From the NCBI GenBank assembly GCA_035084275.1, contig CM068744.1:73346001-73410000 (forward strand): a stretch of DNA of 64,000 nucleotides, read 5' to 3'. The stretch comes from Hydrolagus colliei. Its lineage: Eukaryota. Below the pieces are notes generated by a model. That model was not told where the DNA came from. It made no database searches and worked only from the letters and a program-made list of their open reading frames with translations. Shown here one piece after another: positions 35,580 through 49,090 of this stretch. Positions within the stretch are counted from its first letter, which is position 1; each line of letters starts with the position of its first letter. A program made the position numbers and the translations under genes.

Positions 35580-35775
35580 TCTCCAAGCATTGGGTCTTGC
35601 CGACCTGCACCTAATACTTTCTGGAATTAGGCAAGCAGGGAGAGAGTGCGCATTCCATTCCAATACACAGGAATTTTCATGTGTAGGTGGAATGCATGGA
35701 ACTCTTCACTTTGGATATTTTTTAAGCATGGTGATGGGTTTCCACGTGTGTCAGAACACTCGGCTAAACCCCAAA
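35580..35775 (+). repeat. Second copy of the unclassified dispersed repeat
   Basis: Collinear with 13270-13495. Confidence 0.7.
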
Positions 35776-36342
35776 AAATGGAATAAAATATCTTGTGTCA
35801 TTTTTTCTCCAAAGGAAAAAAAGAAACTCCAAGCACTTAATGAGGAGGAAATGCTCACCAAGTGTTTCAAAATTCCCGTTAGATAAGGTTGCTGGAAAGT
35901 TCGCAGTCCCTTAGGGCTTCTCCACGCACAGGGCTACTGAAGCCAGACAGACGTTGATTCAGGAAATGTAGGTCATTCCCTTGCTTCAGATGGGAAATCA
36001 GGAATCTGAAGTATGTGAGCGGAAAATGAGGAGTCATTCCTGGAATGATGTGTGTGATTTCACTGGGATCTTGTAAAAACATTTACATTTTTAAATTGCT
36101 CTCTGACAGGCAGTGGGTTTCAGGAAGCACATAATGAAAGAAACAGTACCATATATAGAGAGTAGAATCATTTTCTGTAGCATAGACTGTGGCGTAGGCC
36201 TTGAACAATAGGTAATCAGGTCTATTGAATGGTTTATTCACTCTAATATGCAGTGTGAGGCATATTCCTGTTTAGTATACAGTTCAGTATCTTCCCCCTA
36301 TATGGGAAGTATACACTCTGTCTCCCTATGATGTATATAGTA

Positions 36343-36675
36343 ACAATAACAACAACAAAATTACATTTGTATAGCGCCTTTCACGTCAGGAGGGTGTCCC
36401 AAAGCCCTGGACAGTTACTGCTTCAGACCCAAGTTGAGGACAGGGTTTTTTTGGGGGGGAAGGCAGGGATAAGGAGTTGCTGATGGGTCCATCGAAGAGG
36501 AGAGTCTTGAGGTGAGACTTGAAGGAGGCCAGGGAGGGGGCAAGGCGGAGGGACTTCGGGATGGAGTTCCAGAGGTTGGAGGCGGAGTGGCTGAAGGCTC
36601 GCCCACCAATGGTTGGGTCTGTGGGTCGGGGGACATGGAGCAGGGCAGAACCTGCTGAATGGAGGGGACGGGCAG
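36343..36675 (-). mobile_element. L2 3' fragment
   Basis: Reverse complement of the same subfamily as 31715-32044. Confidence 0.85.
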
Positions 36676-39284
36676 TACATGGTATATTTCTGTACAGTGT
36701 ACAGACTAAAGTACAACATTCTATTCACATTTATTGCAAAATATATATGAGCCTATGCAAGAGTTTGGGTCTTGCAGTGACTTAAGGTCCTATTTTTAAC
36801 CTAGCTCTGATGGTGGCATGGAGTACCATTTTTAGGCTTTTGGGTCCAACTGTAACGCAATCCAACCTGTGTCTCCCCCCCACCACCAGCCCACTGTTCC
36901 AGTTGAAGTCAACTCACACAACACTCCATAAATTGAAGCTGTGACCTTCAACTTAGTGTTACACAAGGAAATAATGTGTTTCCCCCCTATACTGTCTGAC
37001 AAGCAAGTTCAGCCAGTAAAAGCTAGAGTAAGCATTAAACATGGGATGTGAATGACTCAGTCTTATTTCTTATGGCTTTACCAAGTCAGTCATCATTGGA
37101 AGCAGCGGCAGATATCACCGTAGACAAATATCTATTTGAATTGGTTCTCAAGTAGCTTGCAAGTTAAATCCAGCATAATCTGCCCGTGGTTGTAATAGGT
37201 TTCAACGCTTTACATATTAATTAAAGAATTGGCTTAAAAGCTTATCTCAGTATGGGGATTCCAACATACAGAAAGGGCCTGGCATTAGAGCAGATTGAAA
37301 TTGCATCCAATAGATCTCAAATGCAGGTAAATGCTTTCTTCATAGGGTTGTGCTCTGTGAATTATATCCCTTGACATTGCCTGGGCCTAGTGCCCACTTA
37401 ATATAGAAAGTGCACCCTTCCCCTGTTCAATTAGAACTCTGTCTCGGGTTCCATTCAGAATACTTTCATGTTCAGCCTCAGCTCCCGAGATTCAAACAGC
37501 ACGTGTGTGCGCGCGCGCTTGTGCTAGTTTGTGTGTAAGTGTGCATTTGTGAGTATATGTGAATATGCTGCCGGATTTCGGCCACATATATACAGTCAAT
37601 TCTCTTTACAATATATTCTGTGCAACGCTTTGAGACGTCGAGAAGATGTGAAAGGCGCTATATCAAATGCGAGAATTAATATTATTATGCATATACATGT
37701 AATCCAGGCATAACTAGAAATCTTTTTTTAAAGTTAGAAAAATAGGGGGAAAAAAGGTAAAATAAGGTGGAATGAATAAGGAAGATTATTTTTTTTAAGT
37801 AATTTTTTTTAAATAGATATATTTTCAATTGTGGGAGTTATTAACATTCAACTCAGTGAGTTTGGTTTGATAAGACTGCTATGAAGGCATTCTTCATGTT
37901 TGACTAACTTTATTGCTGTAGAATTAGTGTTTTATCACGGTGCGTGAGCTGAAAATGTGCAGCACCGACACTCAGTCCCAGAGAAACAGGAGCCTCTGAG
38001 GTTCTGTTAGCTGTCCCAGGAATGCTGGTGCAAAGAAAACTGAAAAGTATTTAAATATAAACATTTGGGAGAGGGAAGGGCAAACTGAAGGTTTACACAT
38101 AGTAGATAGTAGATGATAGCCAGGCCAGTATCTTATTTTGATCATACCTCTGCAGTAATTTATGTGGAGCACTTTCTTTTCGGTTCCTATCTCCATTCTG
38201 ATGAAAATAGTGGTTGGGGATTGGGTCAGCTCAATGAGTTAGCGCACCATCATTTCACAATCGCAGGCCTGAGTGTGAATCCAACCTGGACTGACTGTGT
38301 GAAAGTTTCTTCCCATTCTGATGGGAAAACTCAAGTGTATCTATCTAGTGGTTTATACTAACTGCTGCAAGTATATATGATGGTTCGGTATTCTTTCTTC
38401 CCTCCACCCACCCTTGTGCTTTCCTTTAAACAGTCTAGTGCTTGGCTATGTTAATGTGTGTCAAGGAGACAATCGCATGCCTATTCATTTGATGCACTGC
38501 TCAATATATACTCTCACGAAAGTTTTCTCACCACTCCCGGCTGACATAAAAGTATCATTCATCTGGTTGCAGAACTGAAGAGCTATCACAGAATAATGCC
38601 CTTTTCCCTCTGAGGAGAAGTTTGGAGGCGCCTGTGACTGTTGGAAACTCTCCCACTCATTGTCCCTCATTGCCGGCATTTTCCCACAGCCACTTGTGGA
38701 GACAGCTTTGTTTGTGCTGGGATTTTTTTCTTTTTAAAAAAAAAATGAAGTGTTTGTGATTGCTGACAGCTTCTTAATACATTAGTTGATTAATTAGTGT
38801 TCCAGAGGCTTTCTAAGAGGAAAGCTTCGGTAGTTTACGTTTTGGTGTCAAAAGACAAGTTAGCAATCTCTCAACCTTTCGCCCACAAATATAGAGTCAG
38901 CAATCTTTCATATGCAGTCAATGCACTTTACAGTATATTCTGTGAAGCGCTTTGAGACGTCGATAAGATGTGAAGAGCCGCTATATAAAAATGCAAGGAT
39001 TGCAAGGATTAACCTGACTACAAATTGGAGTGTTCAAAATGGCTCACCCTCCACCTCTACCCCCAACACCCCATACCCATCCTGCAGATCAATGGCATAA
39101 TCCTTTGTGTGGGGCTCCTCTCTGCACAGTATCTCTGTGATATTAACAACAGAACACTGGAAATTTCCATTGTGATGCTAGAAAGGTCTATGGCACGTGT
39201 TGGTCCCCTGTGGTCAGTTGCCTGCTCGTTCCAGACTGGAGGAATGATGAGCTTTGCATCAGTGATTGATCCATTAAAGTGCGA

Positions 39285-39640
39285 AAACAACAACAATATT
39301 ACATTTATGGAGCGCCTTTCATGTCGGGAGCACGTCCCAAGGCGCTGAACAGTTAGGTCGGGACCCGAGGAGGGTAGGAAAGATCGGGGTAGGGGGAAGG
39401 AGAGAAGGTTAGGGGGGAGAGTTAGGAGGGTGGCGGAAGACACGATCGAAGAGGAAGGTCTTGAGACTGGCCTTGAAGGAGGAAAGGGAGGAAGCGAGGC
39501 AAAGGGATTGCAGGATGGAGTTCCAGAGTGTGGGGACAGAGAGGCTGAAAGCCCGGTCATCGATGGTAGGGCGGTTCGAGTGGGGGACGTGGAGCAGGCC
39601 AGAGCCCGCTGAATGGAGGGGACGAGTAGGTTGATAGGGA
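39285..39640 (-). mobile_element. L2 3' fragment
   Basis: Minus ORF AFSLSVPTLWNSI...SFKASLKTFLFD. (CAA)n tail. Confidence 0.85.
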
Positions 39641-41049
39641 GGAACATACACCTACAAATGCATAGCCATGATACTTCACAGCAATGCAAGGAATATTAAG
39701 TGTTAAGACTTGTTCTACATTGGTTGAATTATGGTATCATAATTTCCATCATGAATCTGCGGTAATAATTTGGTCACTCAAACCCACGACTGTTTGTGAG
39801 ACAATGCTGTGTGCAATTGTCTGCCACATTTCGCCCACAACATACACAGTCATTTAAATAAGTAAGTGTTATTTAAATAAGTGCCTCATCTGAAGCAGTG
39901 CAGAACGTGGAAGTTAGTGTGCAGCCCGGGTTAATTGTTGATAGAAACTACAGCATGGGAGAAGAGGATAAAAGCAGGCAGTATCATAACGCAGTATGTT
40001 GCAAGACTCGTAATATTATTGAGGTCCGGGTATAATGGGAGAAATTGGGGAGAGTTCCACTTCTGATCACTATCCTCTAATACCGCTTCTCCCTTACTGC
40101 GAAGTATACTTCAAGTAGGAGTACGCTTGATCTCTGCTCTGATATTCTTCTGTCCCCCACATCCCCATCCCACCCGGCCACAATTCAATAGAGTAAATAG
40201 CACTGACAGCACTATGCTCACACATTGACCACTTGGGTGAGGTAAGTCAAGATGGCCAGAGCTTGTGGAACCCTTGCTGAGTGTGACGCAGCCCCTGTCA
40301 GCTGCGTAAGGGGCAGAGAGGGAGGTGTTATTCACTCGGAGGAACTGCTGATTCCAACAGTGCAAGGAAATTAAATTAACATCCGTGCAGAAATAGCTAT
40401 TAAACCACCATTGCTCACTACCACTGTGCACAGCATTGCAGCTACCTCACACTGTTGGGACTCAATAACCCCTCTAGGCCAGACCACCATGGCTGCCATC
40501 ACTCAGTATTCACACCAAAAAGCAAAGAGTGTCAAACGTAAATGCAGATAATTATTTATTGCTTCCTATGCTGTGGGCATCTAGTTGCCTTGAATATCTC
40601 TTAATATTCACAGCAATAATTATTATTAATATTAATAGTAAATCCCAGCTTTGATATAGCTTGTGTACATTGAATGTTTCAAACGCTTCGCAAAGTTTGT
40701 GTGAAGTGTAGTGACTTTTGTATTTCTAGATAAATGTACCTGGAATATCTCGCATATTCCTCACATGTACAATAAAATATAAAGTGTCACACTGGGCAAC
40801 ATGCAGCGGACAGTTGTCGTGCACCAATAGGGTACACAAGTACTTGAGGCACAAATGTGTATCCTGTAAGAATTTCCAATGGAACTCCCAGACAGGATGC
40901 AGAGGTAGCTTATATTATCCTGTGGAAACCTCACTCCCCTCAGAAACAGCACGCAATGATAAACAGCCTCTCACTGCACAGCCAGAACGGCTCAGAGTAG
41001 TGTCACAATGACGCTGCATTTTATCTTGACTGTAGCATGACATACAGAT

Positions 41050-42365
41050 AACAATAACAACACCAAAATTACATTTATGGAGCGCATTTCACGTCGGGAG
41101 GGCGTCCCAAGGCACTGAACAGTGAGGGGTCAGGACCCGAGCATGGGGGTGGGGCAGGATAGGGGGTGTGGAGAGGTAGGAGAGCGCGAGAAGGTACGAT
41201 CGAAAAGGAGGGTCTTGAGACCGGCCGTGAAGGAGGCAAGGGAAGAAGCAAGGTAAAGGGACTGTGAGATGGAGTTCCAGAGTGTGGAGGCAGAGAGGCT
41301 GAAAGCCCAGCCACAAATGGTAGGGCAGGAGAAATGGAGCAGACCAGAGCCTGCTGAACGGAGAGGGCGGGCAGGTTGGTAGGGAGTCAGCAGGTCAGAG
41401 AGGTAAGAAGGGACAAGGCCGTGGATGGCCTTGAAAGTGAGGACGAGGATCTTGAATTCGATCCTCTGGGGGACGGGGAGCCAATGGACACAGGCGAGGG
41501 GTGGGTTTGATAGAGTAGCAGAGACTTATACAGGAGAGGACACGAGCTGCAGAGTTTTAGATGATCTGCAGCTTGTGAAGGGAAGAGCTGGGAAGGCCGA
41601 CGAGAAGGGAGTTTCCGTAGCCAAACCTTCATGTGATGAATGCGTGGATGAGAGTTTGGGCAGCCTGAGGGGTGAGGCAGTGGCGGAGTCTGGCAGTGTT
41701 GCTGAGGTAGTGGAAAGCAGTGCTGCTCATGGCGCGCATGTGGGGGAGAAAGGACAGTTCTGGGTCAAACAGGACGCCCAGGTTCCTGACTGGCTTAGAG
41801 AGATGGAGAGTGCAGCCTTGCACGCTGATGCTGCCAGCGTCTGAGGTGCAGATGCGCTGATGCGAGCCAATCAAGTGGGTCTCAGTCTTGCTGACGTTCA
41901 ACTGAAGAAAGTTGGCCCTCGTCCAGGACTCGATGTCGGACAGGCAGATGGTCAGGAGGCTGGTAATCATGGGGTTGAGGGTGAAGCAGACAGATAGAGT
42001 TGGGTATCATCCACATTCATGTGGAAATTTACCCCATGTCTGTAGATGATGTCACCAAGGTGGAGCACATTAAGAGTGAAGAGGAGGGGACAGAGCCCTG
42101 AGGAATGCCGCACGACAGTGTGGGGGCTGGAGGAAAAGCCATTGGCAGACACAAAGTGGAGGCGGTGTGAAAGATAGGACCTGAACCAGTCAAGGATAGA
42201 ACCTTGAAGGTTGAGGTGGGAGGAGAGGCAGTGGAGGAAGATTGAATGGTCCACCATGTCAAAGGCGGTGAATAGGTCGAGGAGACAGAGGGTGCCCTGG
42301 TCACAAATGGTCAGGATATAATTTGTGACCTTGACCAGAGCAGTTTTCGTGCAACAAAATCTAGT
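41050..42365 (-). mobile_element. 5'-truncated, frameshifted L2 LINE
   Basis: Minus-strand [42 protein letters not shown]. (CAA)n tail at 41050. Confidence 0.9.
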
Positions 42366-43290
42366 GAGGTGAAAGGGAGAGAGAGGGGAAAAAAAGCTCC
42401 AGAATCTCTTGCTTATGTAGTGTGTGTGTGTGAGGGGAGGGGAAGGGAAGGGGGGTTGGGGTATGCTTTGAGGCTTGAAAAAAGGCAAGTGACAGCAGCT
42501 TTACAATTGGCTATTGAGAGGCCTGCATATCTGAGATTCCAGAGGGTTTGGACTCAGTCAACAACTGCACCCCTGTACATAGGAGGATCTTTGAGAGAGA
42601 GCAGAAGGTCAATGGAATACGAGCAGGATTAAACTGACGCAGGACTAATGGGATTTGTTTCTCGCTACTCCGAGAAATAAATAATAAATCTCTTTCTCAG
42701 AGATTTATTCCCCAGTTCCCCATGTGTTTGTTTTGCCCACGACCAGAGAGCACCAGTAAAGGGAGATTAGATCATATGACTTGTACTTTTCAAGTTTAAC
42801 TTCTGTTTGTTGATTCAACTGTTGGAAAGCCTGGCAATGGATGTGCATTTATTTGTTGAGTGAAGTGAAAAGGGCAAGATTTCTTTTCTTTTTATCAGAT
42901 TGTGTTTCTCTCCTCCCCTCCATAAAATTATTCCCATTGTCCAACCTTTTGCGGCTCATTTACTCACAGGCATGCATTTTTTTTAAGAACAAAACTGCAG
43001 CATTTTGAAGATCTACCTTGACAGAAAAACAAGTGCTAGTGGCACAAGGGCCTGTAGTGTTTGGCTAGAAAAGCCATCACTAGTATGGACTGTAATTACT
43101 GTAAAGTGCTTGGAGATGTCTCGATGTGCAAAAAAGTACAATAGAAATGAAAGTTGGTTTCTTTGTGATAAGCAGTCGTCCACCAGCATAATTTTTCTGT
43201 ACGATTGTACAAAAAAAAGTATCGCTTTCCACTTATCTTGAAAGAGTGAAACTAATTTTGTGAAGGATTAAATAAACGTTCAGTACCACT

Positions 43291-43565
43291 ACAACAACAA
43301 CAACAACTTTGATTTATATAGCGCCCACCACGCCAGACGGCATCTAAGAGCGCTTCACAATAACGGATCCCGGGGGCGAGCCAGGGGCAGGGGGAGAAAG
43401 ATGACCAAAGGCACGGTCAAAGAGAAAAGTCTTCAGCTGAGACCTGAAACTGGGAAGAGAGGGGGTGAGGCGAAGGGAATGAGGAAGGGAGTTCCAGAGC
43501 CTTGGGACATAGTGGCTGAAGGCACGGCCGCCGATGGTGGAGCAGAGGATTCAGGGGACAAGGAG
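43291..43565 (-). mobile_element. 3' fragment of a second L2 family
   Basis: (CAA)n-ctttgatttatatagcgccc...gagcgcttcacaataa-ggatcccggggg. Reverse-complement homolog of 60241-60394. Confidence 0.75.
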
Positions 43566-45230
43566 GACTCCACTGACTACAAGGGAGATGAATCCCACAG
43601 CAGTATTCAAGCATTTTGGGAAAGATTATCAAAAGAAAACAAACATGGATACCCTCAACAGATTCCATTGTCAAATCACTACAAAATCAGAAAATAACTG
43701 GTCCCTTGCTGGCCTGTGATCTACTGGTCTGCCACCTTATTAACTCATGATGAGGAATGCTGCAGTCATGATCATTCTGTTAATCCCAAGTACAGCAGCC
43801 CCACCACCAGCTGAGCACTCTCTTGTTATACCAGGAGCTTTACACTCCAAAGTGTTGCAAATGGAAGTCAGGACCCAGCAGATTGAAAAAAACAGACCAC
43901 TGCCGACAACGGGAAATCCCACACTTGATAGTGGAATACATATTTCTCCGAGAGTCTTAAACCTCGGTGTAGCAGGCCATCTCTGCGCAGCAGAGAAATG
44001 GCATGGTTTAGCCTGCTGCCTCCCATGCCTTTAGTAGTAGAAGAGGAATTTAGGAAGTAAAGTCCCCAGTTGACCTCGCTCTTTCCCACAAGTTCTGGGT
44101 GTTACCGTTTCTATTTTGGCTAGGATCGTTTCATAACTAGGAATAATAGTCAAATTAACACATGAGAATGTAACCAACTCCCTCAGGGAACTCATGAGTC
44201 AAAATGAGATTTAAGCGTCAGCACATATTGACTTTTGCTCTTTTTAATCACATCATGTTGATACTCAATCTCGCTTTGGTAGACGAGTCCCCTAAGGGTG
44301 TGTGTGTCTCATGTTGCGTCTCGTTTTCTAAGTTTAAGTGATAAAGAAAATCTCCTCCCGGCTACAAAAGATTTGTCTGTGCCCAGATGATTAATAGCTG
44401 GAATGAACTGAACTCTGCTGCGTACTGGTCACATTTAGCAGCTGGTGCAGGAACGCTAGCTACTGTGGTGCTGCAGAGGATTAGCCGAGCTGCGAAGTCA
44501 AGGCTTTGGCCTGAGGATATTGTGTAACCTCAGAACAATGTCTTTTGTGTGCATGCAATGCATTCATATGGTATGTGTGTGTGTGTGTTTGCAGTGTGTG
44601 TAGATATGTATAGTGTATATTATATGTGTGTATGTGAGTGCTTCCATGTGAGATTTCCCCTCCACCCAGGTTGTAGATTTACACCTTTGGTTTAATTAGC
44701 AATGGAGAAGGGCTTTTAATTTGCCTTTGACCTTGAACTGCAACCATCTCTGACAGGAACCAATTGAGCCAAGAAAAAAGGCTTTACTCAATAAAGGACT
44801 TTTGCCAAGGACTTTCAGATACCTGGGATGCTGCCGCCTGATTAGAATGGTGTTGCAAAGGCTTAGATATGTGAAGAAGTGGAAAGAATGCTATGCACGA
44901 GAGACAGAAAAGCCAAAGGAATGTTTTCCCGGGGTTAAAATGGAAAGTTGCATAAGACCGTTTTAAAGGAGTTTTTCCCTCTCCTCGCACTTTATTTTTC
45001 ATTTTATTTTATTTGCCTCTAACAAGCCACATACTATCCTGTGGGCAAGAGTCCACAGCTCTCACCATTCCTGCTCTCTTGATTTTGAAAGCTGTTTCTC
45101 CTGTAAATGCTAAAGTCTTTATCAAACCTTGCCCAAGCTCCTGCTGTTCAGGTGCGATCCTAGATGGACATTTTATACAGTTAAGTCGGGTGGTTTTAAC
45201 AGCAATCAAAACAATAATAATAATCCTTAC

Positions 45231-45432
45231 AAAATACTACAGATGCAGGGAATCTGAAACAAAAACAGAAGTTGCTGGGGAAACTCAGCAGATCAGTCAG
45301 CATCCATGGAGAAGGGAACGTTTCAGGTCTACAACCCTTCGTCAGAACATCGAAGGGTCATGGACCCGAAACGTTGACTCATTTTCCTTTCTCCATGGAT
45401 GCTGCCTGACCTACTGAGTTTCCCCAGCAACT
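45231..45432. mobile_element. Short palindromic element, probably derived from a Penelope-like element terminus
   Basis: Inverted arms 45269-45341 and 45351-45433. 13-bp direct repeat TAATAATCCTTAC at 45218-45230 and 45433-45445. The Penelope assignment is from recall of similar shark repeats. Confidence 0.7.
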
Positions 45433-45715
45433 TAATAATCCTTACGTTTGATGTCAGGAGGACGTCTCATAGCACTCTGCAGGATTCACTGGAAAGTGCA
45501 GTGATTGTGTTTTTTACAGGCAAACACGACAGCCAATTTATGCAAACAGTGTCCCACAAACAGCCATGAAGTGAGTGACAAATTTTTATCCGGGGGAATG
45601 TTTGGCCAGGCTCACTGGAAAAATTCCCTTCTCTTTTTAAAGAGAGTGCCACAGTATCTTGAAACATCCACCTGAACAAGCAGACAAGATCTCTTGTTTA
45701 AAATCTCATGTGGAA
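45433..45715 (-). mobile_element. Old Deu-domain SINE
   Basis: tggccaggctcactggaaaattcccttctcttttt...gtgccacagtatcttgaaacatccacctgaac...tttaaaatctcat is the reverse of the Deu domain. Confidence 0.62.
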
Positions 45716-47984
45716 CAACTGAACCGTTGGACAAGCTCGGCCATTCCTTCGAGAATTGAACATTTCTCTTCCTAGCATATGGTAAAACAGCTGATATCTA
45801 CCACCTCACATCCAAACCTCTCCTTAATCTACATCTTGGATCAGGTGTGAGGGTAATTAATGGTTTGAACACGTACTAGGTCAAACAGGTTAACAAGAAT
45901 GATGGTCGGGACCAGGACACTGGTGCTCATGCGAGAAACAGCTTGACGCTGTGATAGACAGATGGTAGCGTTGGTATTCTGGAAGGACAAGATCAAATGG
46001 GTTGTAGAGCCTTCTTCATTCAAATCTCTCTTGTGATCTATGGGTTCAGAGTCAATTTGCTACCACTCTTTGCCAGTTCACAATAAACCAACAGTCATGT
46101 GTCACACGTCGAGTGATCTTTAAGCAAGAAGTTTTGTAGATACCTGGGTATTTTCTGCAATCCCTTCTACCAGGATTTTTTTTAATTAATTTTTTTTATA
46201 GAAAGGAAACACGTGCAGTTATGCCAGGTGCATGCGATATGCCTGCAGAGATATGATCTACAGTATACTGCTGCTCAGCAGATCCCCTCTGGGCTCTCAT
46301 TCCTGGGTAACCGCAAAGGGGTTCAAATGATTTGTCACATTGTTGATGTGTTCCTAATGTGTTTTTGTATTTGGAATAATGTTAGATGTATTACCATGTG
46401 ATGAATACAAATTTACTCAATCCCTTCCCAGCGTGAGCAATTCTTCCTGCCCCAATCATACTACAATTCTTTATTCTGTAGCTCTGAGAGGATTTCACCT
46501 GTGACTCACTTTAAGTGTCTCGAGTTCCATATCCAATTGTAGGCTCCTTATGAGGGATTTGTCTTCAGGAAGATCCTAATACTATGTTAATGCAGAGGAT
46601 CCGATTCACAACAGCAACTCAGTTTCAGATTGTTTGTTGGAGTGAGTGGCAGAAAGGCAGAAAAGACTGAATAAGAGAATTGTTTTTTTAAAATCCATAG
46701 CAATGTACAAAACCAAAGTATTTTTAAGATAATAAGAAAAACAGAACATTCTGTGTTGATAGTTATGTAGCATTTGGGGCTGTTCAAAGGGTTGATACCT
46801 GATTTACAGTCAATCCACTTTACAGTACATCCTGTGAGGCGCTTTGAGACGCCTCGATTACAATTTAAAATCTTAAGGATTTCAATAATAAGCCTTGCAG
46901 TTGATATTCTACCTATCATTCAAAAAGTAACAATAAATTGGCCATGAAGTGACTGACAAATTTTATCCGGGGGAATCCCCGATTGTTTATGGGAGACTGC
47001 TCTGCGCAAGGATTATTATTATTAAATAATCTCAAAAGATGCTTCCCTGGGATTCCTAAAGCAAACTGACTGTGTGTTTGTAGGTGAACAGCGCATCTCA
47101 TTTCTGCATAGTAATCTATCAACGGGAATGGCAATTTTATGTGCGTTTTAGGTCAGAACATGGAGCACTCTTCAAAGAGCACCATGGGATTTTTAACACG
47201 TACTTAAACATTTCAAAATAATTTTAACATCTCAACCAAAGGGTGGCACCTGTGACTAGACTATGAACTCGAATACTGAATGTGGGGCTTGTATGCATAA
47301 CCTTCTGACCCATATGAATCCCCTATTAATCTTTTTTTTAAGAGATTGGGTACAGTACAAACTGTTCTGCAAATAGTCTACGCACAGGTACACTTGTGCT
47401 CCAAATCCAACTCAACCTACAGTGTTGTGGCATGCTGTCACTGCTTGTCCTCCTACTCACTCCCATTGCTCACTCAGGGTGTCAAATCCTAAACCTTGGA
47501 GATGTGATTATCACATTCTAGATCACATTTTTCATGCTGTATTGGCAGGGACAGGCACTGCTGGGGATCTGTATATATGTGAGTGTGAGTGGGTGGGGGA
47601 GCGGGTAGGTAGAAGAGGAACAAACCAAGTCCACCTCTTTTCAGTTTATACAGATATCTATTAAATTTACAACCTGTAGGAAACTGATCCCTTTTGCCTG
47701 GGATTGGGTGGGTGGGTGGTTGCGGGGGAGTGGAGGAAAACAAGCGAACTAGTTACAACCAGTGTCACCATGGCATTCCTAATTTGACCCATTTCTAACA
47801 TCACTCACTCATTCAGCAGTTGCTGCGCGCAATTTGGCTGCCGCGTTTCGCCTACAAATATACAGTCAATTTTCCTACTCTTCTTCGTCCTGCCCCAACC
47901 CCTCCTCCCCTGCTCTTGTCCCTACCTAACCGTACAGCTCCTTGGGACATCCTCTCGATGTGAAAGGCGCTATATAAATGTAAG

Positions 47985-47986
<2 letters not shown>

Positions 47987-48014
<28 letters not shown>
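47987..48014. repeat. (TTGA)n microsatellite forming an L2 tail
   Basis: About seven TTGA units after tatataaatgtaagtt. Confidence 0.85.
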
Positions 48015-48015
<1 letters not shown>

Positions 48016-48728
48016 GCTGTCAAAGCTACTCAATTACAGATTCGACCCACTTCCGCAGGGACACAAGATAAATGTCCCTATCACTGAGCAAACCGCAGTA
48101 CTTGTAATTCCATTGACACTGGATTGTAAGATTCATTAAAGTTGGTTTTGTTTAGTTGTTACCAGGTTTCGCTATCAGTCGCATTAAAACAAAATCCCAC
48201 ATTGATTAATGTTTTAAGACTCCGCAGCTTTAGCTGAGCCCTGGCACCCCAATGATAAATGGCTTGTGCCAATGCTCTCTGAACTTCAGCCCAAGAGACA
48301 TTCCTCGCACAGTAAATAGCCACAGCATTTGCTGAGAAATGTGAAATATGCTGCTTGTGCCCAAACCTTTTGGCAGCTTTACTTTCAGGTCCGTAAATAA
48401 AAAAAAAAGGATTGGGACAATATCATCAATTTGTTTGGCTAGTAGAATGAAGTCGAGTTAATTTTTAAATCAGATTTGACTTGAATTGGTATCAATCTTG
48501 CAATGCTTGGCAAAATGCTAAAGTGTTCATAATACTGTGAGCCTGTGCCATACAGCTATTGTGTTGTTTTTTTCCTTTGTGTTTTTTGTTGAAGACTAGC
48601 AACACCAACCTGTCTTGAGAGCACCATATAAGCTATTAACTCCTACTTGTGGACACTCGAGCATGAGGTATATGGAACCATTTAATACCAGTGACATTAG
48701 ACCAGGAAGCATTTATTTACCTAATCAA

Positions 48729-49090
48729 AATAATAATATTCCTTGAACTTGATATAGAGCCTTATCACGTCTTGAAAATTGAAACGTTTTGGACACCTCA
48801 CAGAAAATACTGTAAAGCAAAACGTGGGAAAAAATTGCGCACAACAGTGTCCCACAAACAGTCGTGGATTGAGTGACCGATCTATTATTGTTAAAAAAAA
48901 ATTAGAAGGAATTGTATCCCTGGAAAAGCAATCTGCCAGTTGAACTAACAACCAGGTTTCTACTTACTGCTAGGTAAACAGAGGCAAGTGGAGTAAGGAA
49001 ACTTGCCCAACATTTCGCCCCACTGGGAATCAAACCCAGGTCTCTCGCTTGTGAGGCGAGTGCACTAACCACTGAGCTATAGGACCTAGA
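48729..49090 (-). mobile_element. tRNA-derived SINE, long subfamily
   Basis: Carries the extra block ctacttactgctaggtaaacagaggc, shared with 1566-1930. Confidence 0.87.

Noticed and set aside
35278-35886. 202-aa ORF
   Set aside because: Non-ATG start, no recognisable domain, overlaps a dispersed repeat.
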